A stretch of DNA of 64,000 nucleotides. Source: an uncultured Bacilli bacterium. Lineage in GTDB: Bacteria > Bacillota_I > Bacilli_A > RF39 > UBA660. The position numbers were made by a program, and so were the translations under genes. The number at the start of each line of letters is the position of its first letter. Position 1 is the stretch's first letter. The DNA is taken from positions 112,247 to 176,246 of the forward strand of contig CAKOHG010000003.1 in NCBI GenBank assembly GCA_934085565.1, in the 5' to 3' direction. The notes under the pieces were generated by a model. The model saw nothing but the letters and a program-made list of their open reading frames with translations, was not told the origin of the DNA and made no database searches. This document shows, in pieces, positions 25,160-34,748 of this stretch.

Positions 25160-26641
25160 ATGAGTAGAAATAAAAAGAATATTATAATGGGAGTTTTATT
25201 AATATTATTACTGGCAAGTTCTTTTTTTACAATAAATTATATTAAGAATCATGAAAATTTTAATGATTTTAATAAAAGTATGAAAGAAGAATCTCCTCCA
25301 AATATGACAAATGACGAAAGTAATAGTGGAGAACCACCAGAAAGACCAAGTAATGATACTGAAAATAAGCAACCTACGAATGTACATACTAATAATTCTA
25401 ACCTTAAAACTATTTACTACGTGATACTTACCTTAGAAAGCTTAGCAATTTCTTTAACAGTTATTTATTTAATAACTTCTAACTTTAATAAAAAAGGAAT
25501 TAAAGAAGTATTTAAAACAGGTGATAAAATCACAATTTTTATACTTAGTAATATTTTATTAACGGGTATTTTAACAGTAAGTTCTGTAGCAATGGTTAAC
25601 TATCATGATGCTTCATCAAACGAATTTAAAGAACAAGTGACAACAAAAGATGAAGTGAATTTAGATAAAAATACAGTAGTGGAAGAAGGAGATATTGATT
25701 TAAATCAATATGATTCCGATATTACTATAACAAAGGGTGGAACTTATACTTTCAGTGGTAATTTAAAACATTCTATTGTTGTAAATGCTGATAAGGAAGA
25801 TGTTGAAATAGTGCTAAATGGGGTAACTATAGAAACTGAAAGTACAGCCACTATTGTTGGTTTAGCTGCTAATAAGATAACGATAATTACCGCAGAAAGA
25901 ACAGAAAACATTTTAAGTGATGGTGGAAATTCTTCTTATGATGGATGTATTTTTAGTAATGCTGAATTAGTATTTGAAGGTAAAGGAAAGCTTATTGTTA
26001 ATGGCAATCAAAATGAAGGAGAAGGAATTGCTACTGAGGCTCAAAATATTACAATAAACTCTGGAACAATAATTATTACTTCCAATGATGATGGTGTAAA
26101 TGCCGGTGGTGATGGTGCCACAATAACCATTAATGGTGGAACAATTTATATTGATGCATCGGGTGATGGTATCGATTCTAATAAAGATGCCGTAATTAAT
26201 GGCGGAACTTTATTTGTTATGGGAAGTGATACGGGTGGAGATTCTGGAATTGATACAGATGATGGCTTTGTCATAAATGGTGGACTTGTAGTTGCTTTAG
26301 GAACTGATATGATTGAAACACCAGAAGATAATAGTAAACAAACAACTATCGCTTTTTCATTAAATGAAAAAATAGATAAAGATACTTTAGTCACTTTAAT
26401 GAAGGATGATGAAGTAGTAATAAGTTTTGAAGCAACAAAAAGTTTTAAAACTATTATTATAAGTAGTAATACTTTAACAAATGGAGATTATGCCTTATAT
26501 AAAGGAGGAAAAAATACAGGTACATTAGAGTATGGTATTTATAAAAATGGAGAATATACTAAAGGTGATAGTATAAAAGTGAATAATTTGGAGGTTTTTA
26601 CAATATCTAAAACCATAAATACATTTGGAAGTACAAGATAA
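25160..26641 (+). CDS. Membrane-anchored beta-helix repeat protein, Cthe_2159-like carbohydrate-binding family (tentative)
   Basis: N-terminal TM, second TM near aa 95, then repeated NGGTI(x)I...GDGIDSN / GGDSGIDTDDGF units typical of parallel beta-helix repeats. Confidence 0.4.
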   Translation: MSRNKKNIIMGVLLILLLASSFFTINYIKNHENFNDFNKSMKEESPPNMTNDESNSGEPPERPSNDTENKQPTNVHTNNSNLKTIYYVILTLESLAISLTVIYLITSNFNKKGIKEVFKTGDKITIFILSNILLTGILTVSSVAMVNYHDASSNEFKEQVTTKDEVNLDKNTVVEEGDIDLNQYDSDITITKGGTYTFSGNLKHSIVVNADKEDVEIVLNGVTIETESTATIVGLAANKITIITAERTENILSDGGNSSYDGCIFSNAELVFEGKGKLIVNGNQNEGEGIATEAQNITINSGTIIITSNDDGVNAGGDGATITINGGTIYIDASGDGIDSNKDAVINGGTLFVMGSDTGGDSGIDTDDGFVINGGLVVALGTDMIETPEDNSKQTTIAFSLNEKIDKDTLVTLMKDDEVVISFEATKSFKTIIISSNTLTNGDYALYKGGKNTGTLEYGIYKNGEYTKGDSIKVNNLEVFTISKTINTFGSTR

Positions 26642-26670
26642 GTTATTTTTCTATAAGAAGATATTTATTA

Positions 26671-26699
26671 TTAAAATTGCAAGAAATTGCAATTTTTTT
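26671..26699 (+). terminator. Terminator-like element, identical copy 2 of the 24969..24997 29-mer
   Basis: Same 29-nt sequence; hairpin plus T-run. Confidence 0.5.
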
Positions 26700-26819
26700 C
26701 ATGTTGATATATCTATTGCTTATCCAAAATATCTTTTATATACTTATTTTGTTTGAGAAATATTCTTTTCTTCGACAAGAAAATAGTTTGATTTATGATA
26801 CTTTTTAAAAGAGGCAAAT

Positions 26820-27248
26820 ATGAAAAAGAAAATTTTGACAATTTTAATAGCTATCGCTGTTGGAGCAATTCTTGCCCTTCCTACTTTATCTATGGCTTCG
26901 AAAGATAGCTCTAAAAAAGAAAATATGTTTATATTACAGTTAGGCATTTTTAAAAATTATGATAATGCATTCGAAAAAAAGCAAAGTGTCAAAGGCTCAA
27001 TTATTTATCAAAATAAAGATGTTTATTATGTTCTAGCGGGTGTTTCCAAGGAAGAAACGAATCTTTATAAAATTGAAGAATATTTACAAAATGAAAATAT
27101 TTCTTATTATAAAAAACAAATGATCATTTCTTATGATCCTGATAACTTGGAAAAATATAATTTACTGTTGCAAAAAACGAATGATGTAGAGACCATTAAA
27201 ACATTAAACGAAAAAGTATTGAAAGAAGTGGTGAAAAATGAGCTTTAA
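26820..27248 (+). CDS. Small secreted or anchored protein, possibly SPOR-like
   Basis: Signal/TM at the N-terminus; LQLGIFKNYDNAFEKKQSVKG...YYVLAGV is reminiscent of a SPOR domain. Weak evidence. Confidence 0.3.
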   Translation: MKKKILTILIAIAVGAILALPTLSMASKDSSKKENMFILQLGIFKNYDNAFEKKQSVKGSIIYQNKDVYYVLAGVSKEETNLYKIEEYLQNENISYYKKQMIISYDPDNLEKYNLLLQKTNDVETIKTLNEKVLKEVVKNEL

Positions 27249-27918
27249 GATTAAAGAATTACCTGAGGAAGAAAAACCAAGAGAAAAGGCTATTTCTCGT
27301 GGGGTTGAAAATTTAACGATTCCAGAGCTTATTGCCATCATTATTAAAACGGGTACTAAAGAAGAATCGGCGAAAGACTTAGGAGTAAGACTCTATAACG
27401 AACTTGGCTGTGTGGAAGGATTAAGAAATTTAAGGTTATCTAATTTAACTCGTTTAAAAGGCATAGGTAAAACCAAAGCCATTTCTTTAATGGCAGCTAT
27501 TGAACTTGGCAAAAGAATAAATGTTAATAATATAACAGGCTTAAAGAAAATCCATGAAACAAAAGATGTATATTTTTATTATGGTTCTTATTTTTTATTT
27601 GAGGAACAGGAAAAATTACTTGCTCTTTTTTTAAACAGTAAAAATGAAGTTATTAAAGAGAAAATAATTTTTATGGGGACGGCTAATCAAAGTATTGTTC
27701 ATCCAAGAGATATTTTTAAAGAAGCAATCTTAAACAATGCTATCAAAATAATAATTGTACATAATCATCCTAGTGGTAATGTAACTCCTAGTTTGGAAGA
27801 TAAAAAGTTTACCAAAAAGTTAAAAGAAGCAGGAGAACTTCTTTCTATACCTTTATTAGATCATGTTATTATAGGGAATAATACTTATTTTAGTTTTTTA
27901 GAACAAAATATTTTGTAA
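27238..27918 (+). CDS. radC: RadC-like JAB/MPN domain protein (UPF0758)
   Basis: N-terminal helix-hairpin-helix-like PELIAIIIKTGTKEES and C-terminal JAMM motif HNHPSGNVTPSLEDKKFTKKL. Confidence 0.8.
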   Translation: MSFKIKELPEEEKPREKAISRGVENLTIPELIAIIIKTGTKEESAKDLGVRLYNELGCVEGLRNLRLSNLTRLKGIGKTKAISLMAAIELGKRINVNNITGLKKIHETKDVYFYYGSYFLFEEQEKLLALFLNSKNEVIKEKIIFMGTANQSIVHPRDIFKEAILNNAIKIIIVHNHPSGNVTPSLEDKKFTKKLKEAGELLSIPLLDHVIIGNNTYFSFLEQNIL

Positions 27919-27979
27919 AAGATTGACTTTGTATTTTTAATTTAGATATAATCTTTCTGTTTTAGAAAGAAGTTTATTT

Positions 27980-28417
27980 ATGAAGTATAAGAAAATAACC
28001 GCATGGGTTTTATTTGTTTTTTGGTTAATTTTAATTTTTTATTTTTCTAATCAACCGGGAAGTGTTAGTAGTGATTTATCCAATAATGTTTTAAAGACTA
28101 TTTTAAATAATTTAGCTGTTTCCAATTTTAATATTTGGGTAAGCATTTTAAGGAAACTAGCTCATTTTACCGAATATTTCATTTTAAGTATTTTAACCTT
28201 AAACTTATTGAAGCAATATCGTAAAGTTGAAGCAGGGGAGTTTATGCTTGTCATGCTTTTTTGCTTTTTCTATGCTTGTACCGACGAATTTCATCAATTA
28301 TTCGTGGAAAACCGTGGTTCTTCTTTTTTAGATGTTTTACTAGATTATACAGGAAGCTTACTTTATTTAACGTTAAATGGTTTTACTAGAAATTTAAAAA
28401 GAGATGAGATTGATTAA
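27980..28417 (+). CDS. VanZ-family membrane protein
   Basis: LRKLAHFTEYFILSILT ... CTDEFHQLFVENRGSSFLDVLLDYTG, matching the VanZ-like pattern; 4 TM helices. Confidence 0.65.
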   Translation: MKYKKITAWVLFVFWLILIFYFSNQPGSVSSDLSNNVLKTILNNLAVSNFNIWVSILRKLAHFTEYFILSILTLNLLKQYRKVEAGEFMLVMLFCFFYACTDEFHQLFVENRGSSFLDVLLDYTGSLLYLTLNGFTRNLKRDEID

Positions 28418-28468
28418 AAAATAAAATAGCATTATAATAAACCCTACAATTATTTGAGGGAGATATAT

Positions 28469-29059
28469 ATGACAAGTGGAGATTGGAAAAAAGATTTAAC
28501 GAAAGATATTAAAAAAATTGAATTTGCTTTACGTCATCCTAAGTATGCCAATTTTAAAGTTAATAATCGTTTGCAATTAATAAAATTTTTACGAAAGCTC
28601 AATAAATTATGGCCATATTTTTTTACATCCGCTTTTATTTTTGAATGTCAACATGCCTTTAAACTAACGCCTATTATTTTTGATGATCGTGTAGAGCCTG
28701 AGATAAAGATAGAAAAAATAAATAAGAATATCCTTGATTATCCTTATGAATTGATTTTTGAAGATTTAAAAGAAGAAGGCAAAGAATCTCTTGGAGAAAA
28801 TATTTTATGGACAGGTTTTTATTTTATCAGTTTTTTCTACAGTGGTTATCTTTTAAGTTTATGGTATAGTACTCGTTATGGGGAGGCAATCGAAGGAAGC
28901 TTAACCGCAGAGATGAATTATACTTTAGAATATCAAAAAGAACAGTATGAACTTCTAAAAGAATTATTAGAAATCAAAAAAAATGATTTACAATTATTTG
29001 AAAATGAAGACGCGGTAGAAAAGGAATTTTCTTTAAAAAGGAGAAATTCTGATGAGTAA
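28469..29059 (+). CDS. Hypothetical protein, translationally coupled to the downstream amidoligase-like gene
   Basis: ATG at 28469 with RBS GAGGGAG (the track start at 28454 is TTG). Its 3' end overlaps the next gene by 8 nt. Confidence 0.35.
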   Translation: MTSGDWKKDLTKDIKKIEFALRHPKYANFKVNNRLQLIKFLRKLNKLWPYFFTSAFIFECQHAFKLTPIIFDDRVEPEIKIEKINKNILDYPYELIFEDLKEEGKESLGENILWTGFYFISFFYSGYLLSLWYSTRYGEAIEGSLTAEMNYTLEYQKEQYELLKELLEIKKNDLQLFENEDAVEKEFSLKRRNSDE

Positions 29060-30002
29060 TCTATCTAAATTAAAGGGAATTGAATTGAAAGAAATGCTAA
29101 ATGAAGTCGAAAAATTTCCTTTTTTATATCGTGAACTTTTAAATTTTAAAACAGATATTTCTATGGGAATAGAAATAGAATTTGAAAAAGCAAAAGTTTA
29201 TCCCTTGGCAGATTTTTTGAAAAATTATCCAGGATGGATAATGAAAAACGACACTTCTTTAACAAGAGGGATAGAAATTAATACGCCTATCATGTATAAC
29301 CGTAAAAAAGATTGGCAAGATTTAAAAGAAGTTTTACAAGAGCTACAAAAAGAGAAAGTAAATCCATATATTCATGCTGGAACACATTTTCATATTGGGG
29401 TACCTATTTTAGGAAATGATCTAGATGCTTGGCAAAATTTTTTATTGATGTATGCTTATTATGAAGATATTATAACTCGCTTTTTTTATGGAGAACGTAT
29501 AAAAGAAAGAATGACTTTTAAAGAGCATAGTAGTCCTATCGCTCCACTGTTAAGTAACTCAGTAGATAAAATAACTACTTTACCCTTTGTTGGAAAAGTT
29601 ATGTCCTTTTTTCCTTATACTCACGGAAATGCTCTTTGTTTATACAATGTTATGTTTAATGCTTTAAATACTAATAAAGTGCGTAATACAATTGAATTTA
29701 GAAGTCCAAATGGAACGATAAATGAAGTGATATGTCAAAATAATGTAAATACAGGTGTTTGTTTTTTACAAGCTGCTAAAACGGGTATGGTAGATAGAGA
29801 ATATTTAGAATATCAACTGAAAACGCACCCTGTAACAGAAACGAAAACCTTATTATATCGTTATATTAATTTAAGCAAAGCTTTAGAATTTTGTGATTTA
29901 GTATTCGAAGAAGATATTGATAAAATGTATTTTTTAAAACAATACTTAAAAGATTATCAAGAAAATAGAGGAACTTTTTTAGAAAGAAAAATCAAATTTT
30001 AG
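29052..30002 (+). CDS. Putative amidoligase-family enzyme (GCS2/GS-like carboxylate-amine ligase fold) (tentative)
   Basis: MGIEIEFE early beta-strand motif, R at about 72, and HAGTHFHIG resembling the conserved (S/T)xH(V/I)H motif of the 'putative amidoligase enzyme' family. Confidence 0.4.
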   Translation: MSNLSKLKGIELKEMLNEVEKFPFLYRELLNFKTDISMGIEIEFEKAKVYPLADFLKNYPGWIMKNDTSLTRGIEINTPIMYNRKKDWQDLKEVLQELQKEKVNPYIHAGTHFHIGVPILGNDLDAWQNFLLMYAYYEDIITRFFYGERIKERMTFKEHSSPIAPLLSNSVDKITTLPFVGKVMSFFPYTHGNALCLYNVMFNALNTNKVRNTIEFRSPNGTINEVICQNNVNTGVCFLQAAKTGMVDREYLEYQLKTHPVTETKTLLYRYINLSKALEFCDLVFEEDIDKMYFLKQYLKDYQENRGTFLERKIKF

Positions 30003-30026
30003 CATAAACTTTAACGGGTGAGGTCA

Positions 30027-31931
30027 ATGTTTTTTGATAATATACACACACGTATAAGATTTTTCTTTTTATTAATTTTTTGTTTGTTATTTATTATTAT
30101 TTGTCGAGTCTTTTATATCCAAGTTTTTTCATATGATAAACTAAGTTCTTTAGCAGAAAGTTTATGGAGTAGAAAACTTCCTATCGGGGCTGATCGAGGA
30201 GAAATCTATGACCGAAAGGGTCGTGTTTTAGCTACGAATCTTACGACAACTTCATTGGTGTTGATTCCTAATCAAATAAAAAATCCGGAAGAAGTAGCGC
30301 AAAAACTAAGTGAAATTTTAAATAGTGATTATAATGATATGCTCGCTCATGTTACGAAAAAGACAAGTATTGAAAGAGTTCATCCGGAAGGAAGACAACT
30401 CTCTTATGATATTGCTTCTAAAATCGAAGAACTTCATTTTGATGGTGTTTATTTGGTAAAAGAAAGTAAGAGATATTATCCCTATGGTACGGTTTTATCT
30501 CATGTCTTAGGGTATGTTGGTATTGATAATCAAGGTCTATCTGGCTTAGAGCTTACTTATGATAAATATCTGACAGGTGAAAATGGTGCTATAAAATATT
30601 TTTCAGATGGTAAAGGAAATCGTTTGGAATTATCTGAAGTTTATGAAGAACCTCAAAATGGTGTCAACTTGACACTTACTATTGACCTTGATTTACAGCT
30701 GGCTGCCGAAAGAGAACTGGATAATGCAGTGATGAAATATAATCCGGAACATGCGATTGCTCTAGCGATGGACCCAAATACGGGTGAAGTTTTAGCTATG
30801 GCTTCACGTCCTAATTTTGATTCGAATAATTATCAAGACTATGATACGACTACGATTAACCGTAATTTACCTATTTGGATGACTTACGAACCTGGTTCTA
30901 CTTTTAAAATAATGACACTTGCTTCTTCCTTAGAAGAAAAGACCGTGAATTTATTTGAAGATACTTATTATGATTCCGGTTCTGTTTCAGTAGATGGAGC
31001 AACCATCCATTGTTGGAAAAGTGGCGGTCATGGGGCGCAGACTTATTTAAACGTGGTTGAAAATAGTTGTAACCCAGGTTTTGTCTCACTCGGAAATAAG
31101 CTCGGGGTTGATAAATTAATGTCTTATATTAATAAATTTGGTTTTGGAGAAAAAACGGGCATTGATTTAAATGGCGAATCAAGTGGGATTTTATTTAATC
31201 CGAGCCGAATGGGACCAGTTGAACTTGCCACAACAAGTTTTGGTCAAGGTATCAGTGTTACTCCGATTCAACAAGTTACCGCGGTTTCAGCAGTTATTAA
31301 TAATGGCTATTTATACCAGCCATACATTGTAAAAAGTCTAGAAGAACCTGAAACCAAATCTATTGTTAAATTAAATGAACCCGTTTTAAGACGAAGAGTC
31401 ATTAGTGAAGAAAGTAGTAAACTCGCTCGTTTTGCCTTAGAAAGCGTTGTGGCTAATGGTTCAGGTAGAAATGCTTATATTGAAAACTATCGGGTAGGTG
31501 GTAAAACAGGAACTGCCCAAAAAGTAGAAGATGGTCATTATTTAGATGGTAACTATATTTTATCATTTGTTGGTTTTATGCCAGCTGATGACCCTAAGAT
31601 AGTTGTTTATGTTGCCATTGATAACCCGAAAGGAGTCACTCAGTATGGTGGAGTCGTGGCAGCTCCTATTGCTAAATCTATTTTAGAAACCGCTATCTCA
31701 GTTTTAAATATTGAAAGTTCTACCGAAGTTATGCCAAGAGAATATAATTGGAACGATACCAAATATTATAAAATTCCTGATGTTGTTGGAGAAACTAAAG
31801 AAGAAGCAAAAAAAAGTTTACAAGGCTTTCAAATAGAATATTCAGGGGAAGGAGAACATGTTTTGTATCAAAGTCCTAGTGGGAATTCTTATGTTAAAGA
31901 AAATGGAACAGTCTCTTTAATGCTTGGCTAA
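30027..31931 (+). CDS. Class B penicillin-binding protein (PBP2B/FtsI-like transpeptidase) with C-terminal PASTA domain
   Basis: SxxK = GSTFK, SxN = ENSCNPGF, KTG = GGKTGTAQ; PASTA-like YKIPDVVGETKEEAKKSLQGF at the C-terminus; N-terminal TM. The ATG at 30027 is preferred over the GTG at 30018. Confidence 0.85.
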   Translation: MFFDNIHTRIRFFFLLIFCLLFIIICRVFYIQVFSYDKLSSLAESLWSRKLPIGADRGEIYDRKGRVLATNLTTTSLVLIPNQIKNPEEVAQKLSEILNSDYNDMLAHVTKKTSIERVHPEGRQLSYDIASKIEELHFDGVYLVKESKRYYPYGTVLSHVLGYVGIDNQGLSGLELTYDKYLTGENGAIKYFSDGKGNRLELSEVYEEPQNGVNLTLTIDLDLQLAAERELDNAVMKYNPEHAIALAMDPNTGEVLAMASRPNFDSNNYQDYDTTTINRNLPIWMTYEPGSTFKIMTLASSLEEKTVNLFEDTYYDSGSVSVDGATIHCWKSGGHGAQTYLNVVENSCNPGFVSLGNKLGVDKLMSYINKFGFGEKTGIDLNGESSGILFNPSRMGPVELATTSFGQGISVTPIQQVTAVSAVINNGYLYQPYIVKSLEEPETKSIVKLNEPVLRRRVISEESSKLARFALESVVANGSGRNAYIENYRVGGKTGTAQKVEDGHYLDGNYILSFVGFMPADDPKIVVYVAIDNPKGVTQYGGVVAAPIAKSILETAISVLNIESSTEVMPREYNWNDTKYYKIPDVVGETKEEAKKSLQGFQIEYSGEGEHVLYQSPSGNSYVKENGTVSLMLG

Positions 31932-32014
31932 GTGTCTAATTATGTCAAGATAATTGTAAAAAAAAACGACTTTTATAATTTTAGTGTATAATACGGGTAG
32001 GTAGGTGATTTTAT

Positions 32015-33007
32015 ATGCTTATTCTTGCAAAAACAGCGTTAGCAATGATGTTAGGTTTTATTTTTGCAATTATAACCGGAATTATTGCAATTCCTTTATT
32101 GAAAAAGATAAATTTTAGACAACATGTCAGCCAAGTAATTGGTGAAAGACATTTGAAAAAAGAAGGAACTCCCACAATGGGCGGGATTATCTTTATTATC
32201 CCCGTACTATTAACTCTTTTCCTTCTTTACTTAAGAGGCAGTATTGAGTTAAATCATAATTTAATTATTTTACTCTTTGTCTTCTTAGCTTATGCTTTCT
32301 TAGGTTTTATTGATGACTGGTTAAAAGTAAAATATCATAATAATCAAGGTCTACGTATTTCTACTAAATTTTTAATTCAAATGGTGATTGCCCTTATTTT
32401 CTTTTATATCTTTATGAAAAATGGCGGGGAACCTGTTTTAAAAATTTCTTCTTTAAATCTTATTTTACCGATGGGATGGACCTTTGGCTTATTTATTTTA
32501 TTCTTACTGGTTGGAACAAGTAATGCGGTTAATATCACGGATGGTTTAGATGGCCTTTGTGGTGGGTTATCGATGATTGCCTTTGTCGCATTTGGTATCA
32601 TCACTTGGAATACCACTTGGATGGAAGGATATCAAGAAGTTGCTATTTTCTGTTTTGTGTTAGTAGGAGCTTTACTTGGTTTTTTACTTTTCAACTCCAA
32701 TCCTGCTAAAGTATTCATGGGAGACTTAGGAAGCTTATCTTTAGGTGCTGCGATGGCGACAGTAGCTATTATTACAAGACATGAACTTTCTTTAGCTTTA
32801 ATTGGCGGTGTCTTTGTCGTAGAAACCTTATCTTCTATGATTCAGATTATTGCTATTCGTAAATTTCACCGTAAAGTATTCAAAATGGCACCTTTACATC
32901 ATCATTTTGAACAATTAGGTTATAGTGAAACCGATATTGTTAAAGCATTCTACGTGGTTGGTTTAATTCTTGCTATGGCAGCCATTACATACGGTGTTTG
33001 GTTATAA
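32015..33007 (+). CDS. mraY: Phospho-N-acetylmuramoyl-pentapeptide transferase MraY
   Basis: 10-TM protein with FLGFIDDWLKV, GTSNAVNITDGLDGL and FMGDLGSLSLG motifs. Confidence 0.9.
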   Translation: MLILAKTALAMMLGFIFAIITGIIAIPLLKKINFRQHVSQVIGERHLKKEGTPTMGGIIFIIPVLLTLFLLYLRGSIELNHNLIILLFVFLAYAFLGFIDDWLKVKYHNNQGLRISTKFLIQMVIALIFFYIFMKNGGEPVLKISSLNLILPMGWTFGLFILFLLVGTSNAVNITDGLDGLCGGLSMIAFVAFGIITWNTTWMEGYQEVAIFCFVLVGALLGFLLFNSNPAKVFMGDLGSLSLGAAMATVAIITRHELSLALIGGVFVVETLSSMIQIIAIRKFHRKVFKMAPLHHHFEQLGYSETDIVKAFYVVGLILAMAAITYGVWL

Positions 33008-33078
33008 AGCATTCGAAAAGGAGTGCTTTTTTTCTTTTTTCTAGTAATTTAAGAAAATAACTGTTAATATAAGAAAAG

Positions 33079-33573
33079 GTGATAGTAATGAAAGAAAGTA
33101 AAATTAAAGACTTATTTGAAGATCCTAAGACCATTTATGTTTTTGATGTGGATGGCGTTTTAGCAAGATTAGAACTTGGTGAATATACTCATTATTTTTA
33201 TAATGATGAGATGTGGGAAAAAGCCTTGCAAACTCATGATTTTTATGACGAAATACGGCCAATTATTAGCATGCAAGATTTTATTCAAAAAAGAAATAAA
33301 GAACATATTTATGTTGCTACAAGAGTTTATAATGAAGTAGAACATAAGCAAAAGATTTCTTTTCTTGAAAAACATTATGGCATTTTAAAAGATCATGTTT
33401 ATCTTGTTTATAATAATGATGAAAAGTTAGATGTTATGAATAAAATCAAAGAATTACATCCTAATTTAGGAGATAAGTATTTTGTGATGATTGATGATAC
33501 GGTTGATGTTTTGAATCATATTATGGATAATTCTAACTTTAGTACGGTTCATATTAGTAGTTTCTTACAATAG
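33079..33573 (+). CDS. HAD-superfamily hydrolase, possibly 5'(3')-deoxyribonucleotidase-like
   Basis: Motif I VFDVDGVLA and motif IV MIDDT; about 160 aa. Confidence 0.4.
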   Translation: MIVMKESKIKDLFEDPKTIYVFDVDGVLARLELGEYTHYFYNDEMWEKALQTHDFYDEIRPIISMQDFIQKRNKEHIYVATRVYNEVEHKQKISFLEKHYGILKDHVYLVYNNDEKLDVMNKIKELHPNLGDKYFVMIDDTVDVLNHIMDNSNFSTVHISSFLQ

Positions 33574-33615
33574 TTTGAAACTTTTTTTCATTTTAAGACT
33601 CTTATTTAGTGAAGG

Positions 33616-34089
33616 GTGAAAAATATGCAAGAATTTAATGAATTTTATGAACAAACCTATGTAAAGTTTTATCGCTTCATTATTTTAAATATTCCTAATA
33701 TTTCTAATACCGATGATATTTTACAAGAAGCTTATTTAAAAATGTTTAAGATTTTAAGGAAAAAGAACATCGTAGATAAAGAAGCTTATCTTTATAAAGT
33801 AGGGTGGAATCTTATAAAAAAAGAATTTAAACTAAAAGATAGTTTACCACTTAATGAAGATTTAGGTTTATGTACCAATAACACTTATGATGGGGTTTTA
33901 CAAAAAATGGATTTAGAAACCATTTATAATTATCTAAAAACTAAAGATATTTTAGTTCAAAAAGCTTTTTATCTTTATTATTATGGACTTAGTTTAGAAG
34001 CAATTGCTACTACCTTAAATATTTCTTTATCGAAAGTGAAAAATGATATTTATAGAACCCTTAAAGAATTGAAAGGAGTTTTACAATGA
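33616..34089 (+). CDS. ECF-type sigma-70 family RNA polymerase sigma factor
   Basis: Region 2-like DDILQEAYLKMF and region 4 HTH GLSLEAIATTLNISLSKVKNDIYRTLKEL. Confidence 0.65.
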   Translation: MKNMQEFNEFYEQTYVKFYRFIILNIPNISNTDDILQEAYLKMFKILRKKNIVDKEAYLYKVGWNLIKKEFKLKDSLPLNEDLGLCTNNTYDGVLQKMDLETIYNYLKTKDILVQKAFYLYYYGLSLEAIATTLNISLSKVKNDIYRTLKELKGVLQ

Positions 34090-34748
34090 AAAATTCACAA
34101 AGTCAAAATTATCAAATGATTATGAAGAAAAAACAAAAAAAAGAACATCTTCAAAATGGAGTGTTAAGTAGTGCTGTGCTTGTTTTAGCGATTGGTTTAC
34201 TATTTTTCTGTAAAGTAGAGAAAAACTATTTTGAAGATAAGATAATTTGGAATGAAGGAGGGGTAGCTACAGAAAACACTGGAATGGTAGATACAACTAC
34301 TCGCTTTGACGAAAATTTGAGCGAAGAAGAAAATGAAGAATTTAATCGTTTATTAAATAATTATAAAAGCGAGTCAAATGATTTTATAAGAGGGCAATTA
34401 ATAGATATTTCAAAACATCAATTGAAAATTTATCAACTTATTAATAATGATTATTATAATAATTATTATGATGAACAGGCTTTTAAATTAAGCATTACTA
34501 TTTCTAATGAAAAAATAGATAAGATTTCTTTTGGCTGTATGACATTTGATTTTAATATTTCTTCTTCAATTAATAGTGAATCTTCTTTGATAAATGGTCA
34601 TTCTCTTATTTTAACGAAAGGTTATACTAGAACAGGTAATGAAATTTATTACCAAGCGAAATTTAATTATCAAGATTGGTGGTATATTATTACGTCTAAA
34701 GACGAAGAAAAAATACTTTCCATTGTGAAAAGTATTTTAACGACCTAA
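34086..34748 (+). CDS. Putative anti-sigma factor or membrane partner of the ECF sigma
   Basis: ATGA overlap with the sigma gene; single TM (VLSSAVLVLAIGLLFF) after a short cytoplasmic N-terminus. Confidence 0.35.
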   Translation: MKNSQSQNYQMIMKKKQKKEHLQNGVLSSAVLVLAIGLLFFCKVEKNYFEDKIIWNEGGVATENTGMVDTTTRFDENLSEEENEEFNRLLNNYKSESNDFIRGQLIDISKHQLKIYQLINNDYYNNYYDEQAFKLSITISNEKIDKISFGCMTFDFNISSSINSESSLINGHSLILTKGYTRTGNEIYYQAKFNYQDWWYIITSKDEEKILSIVKSILTT

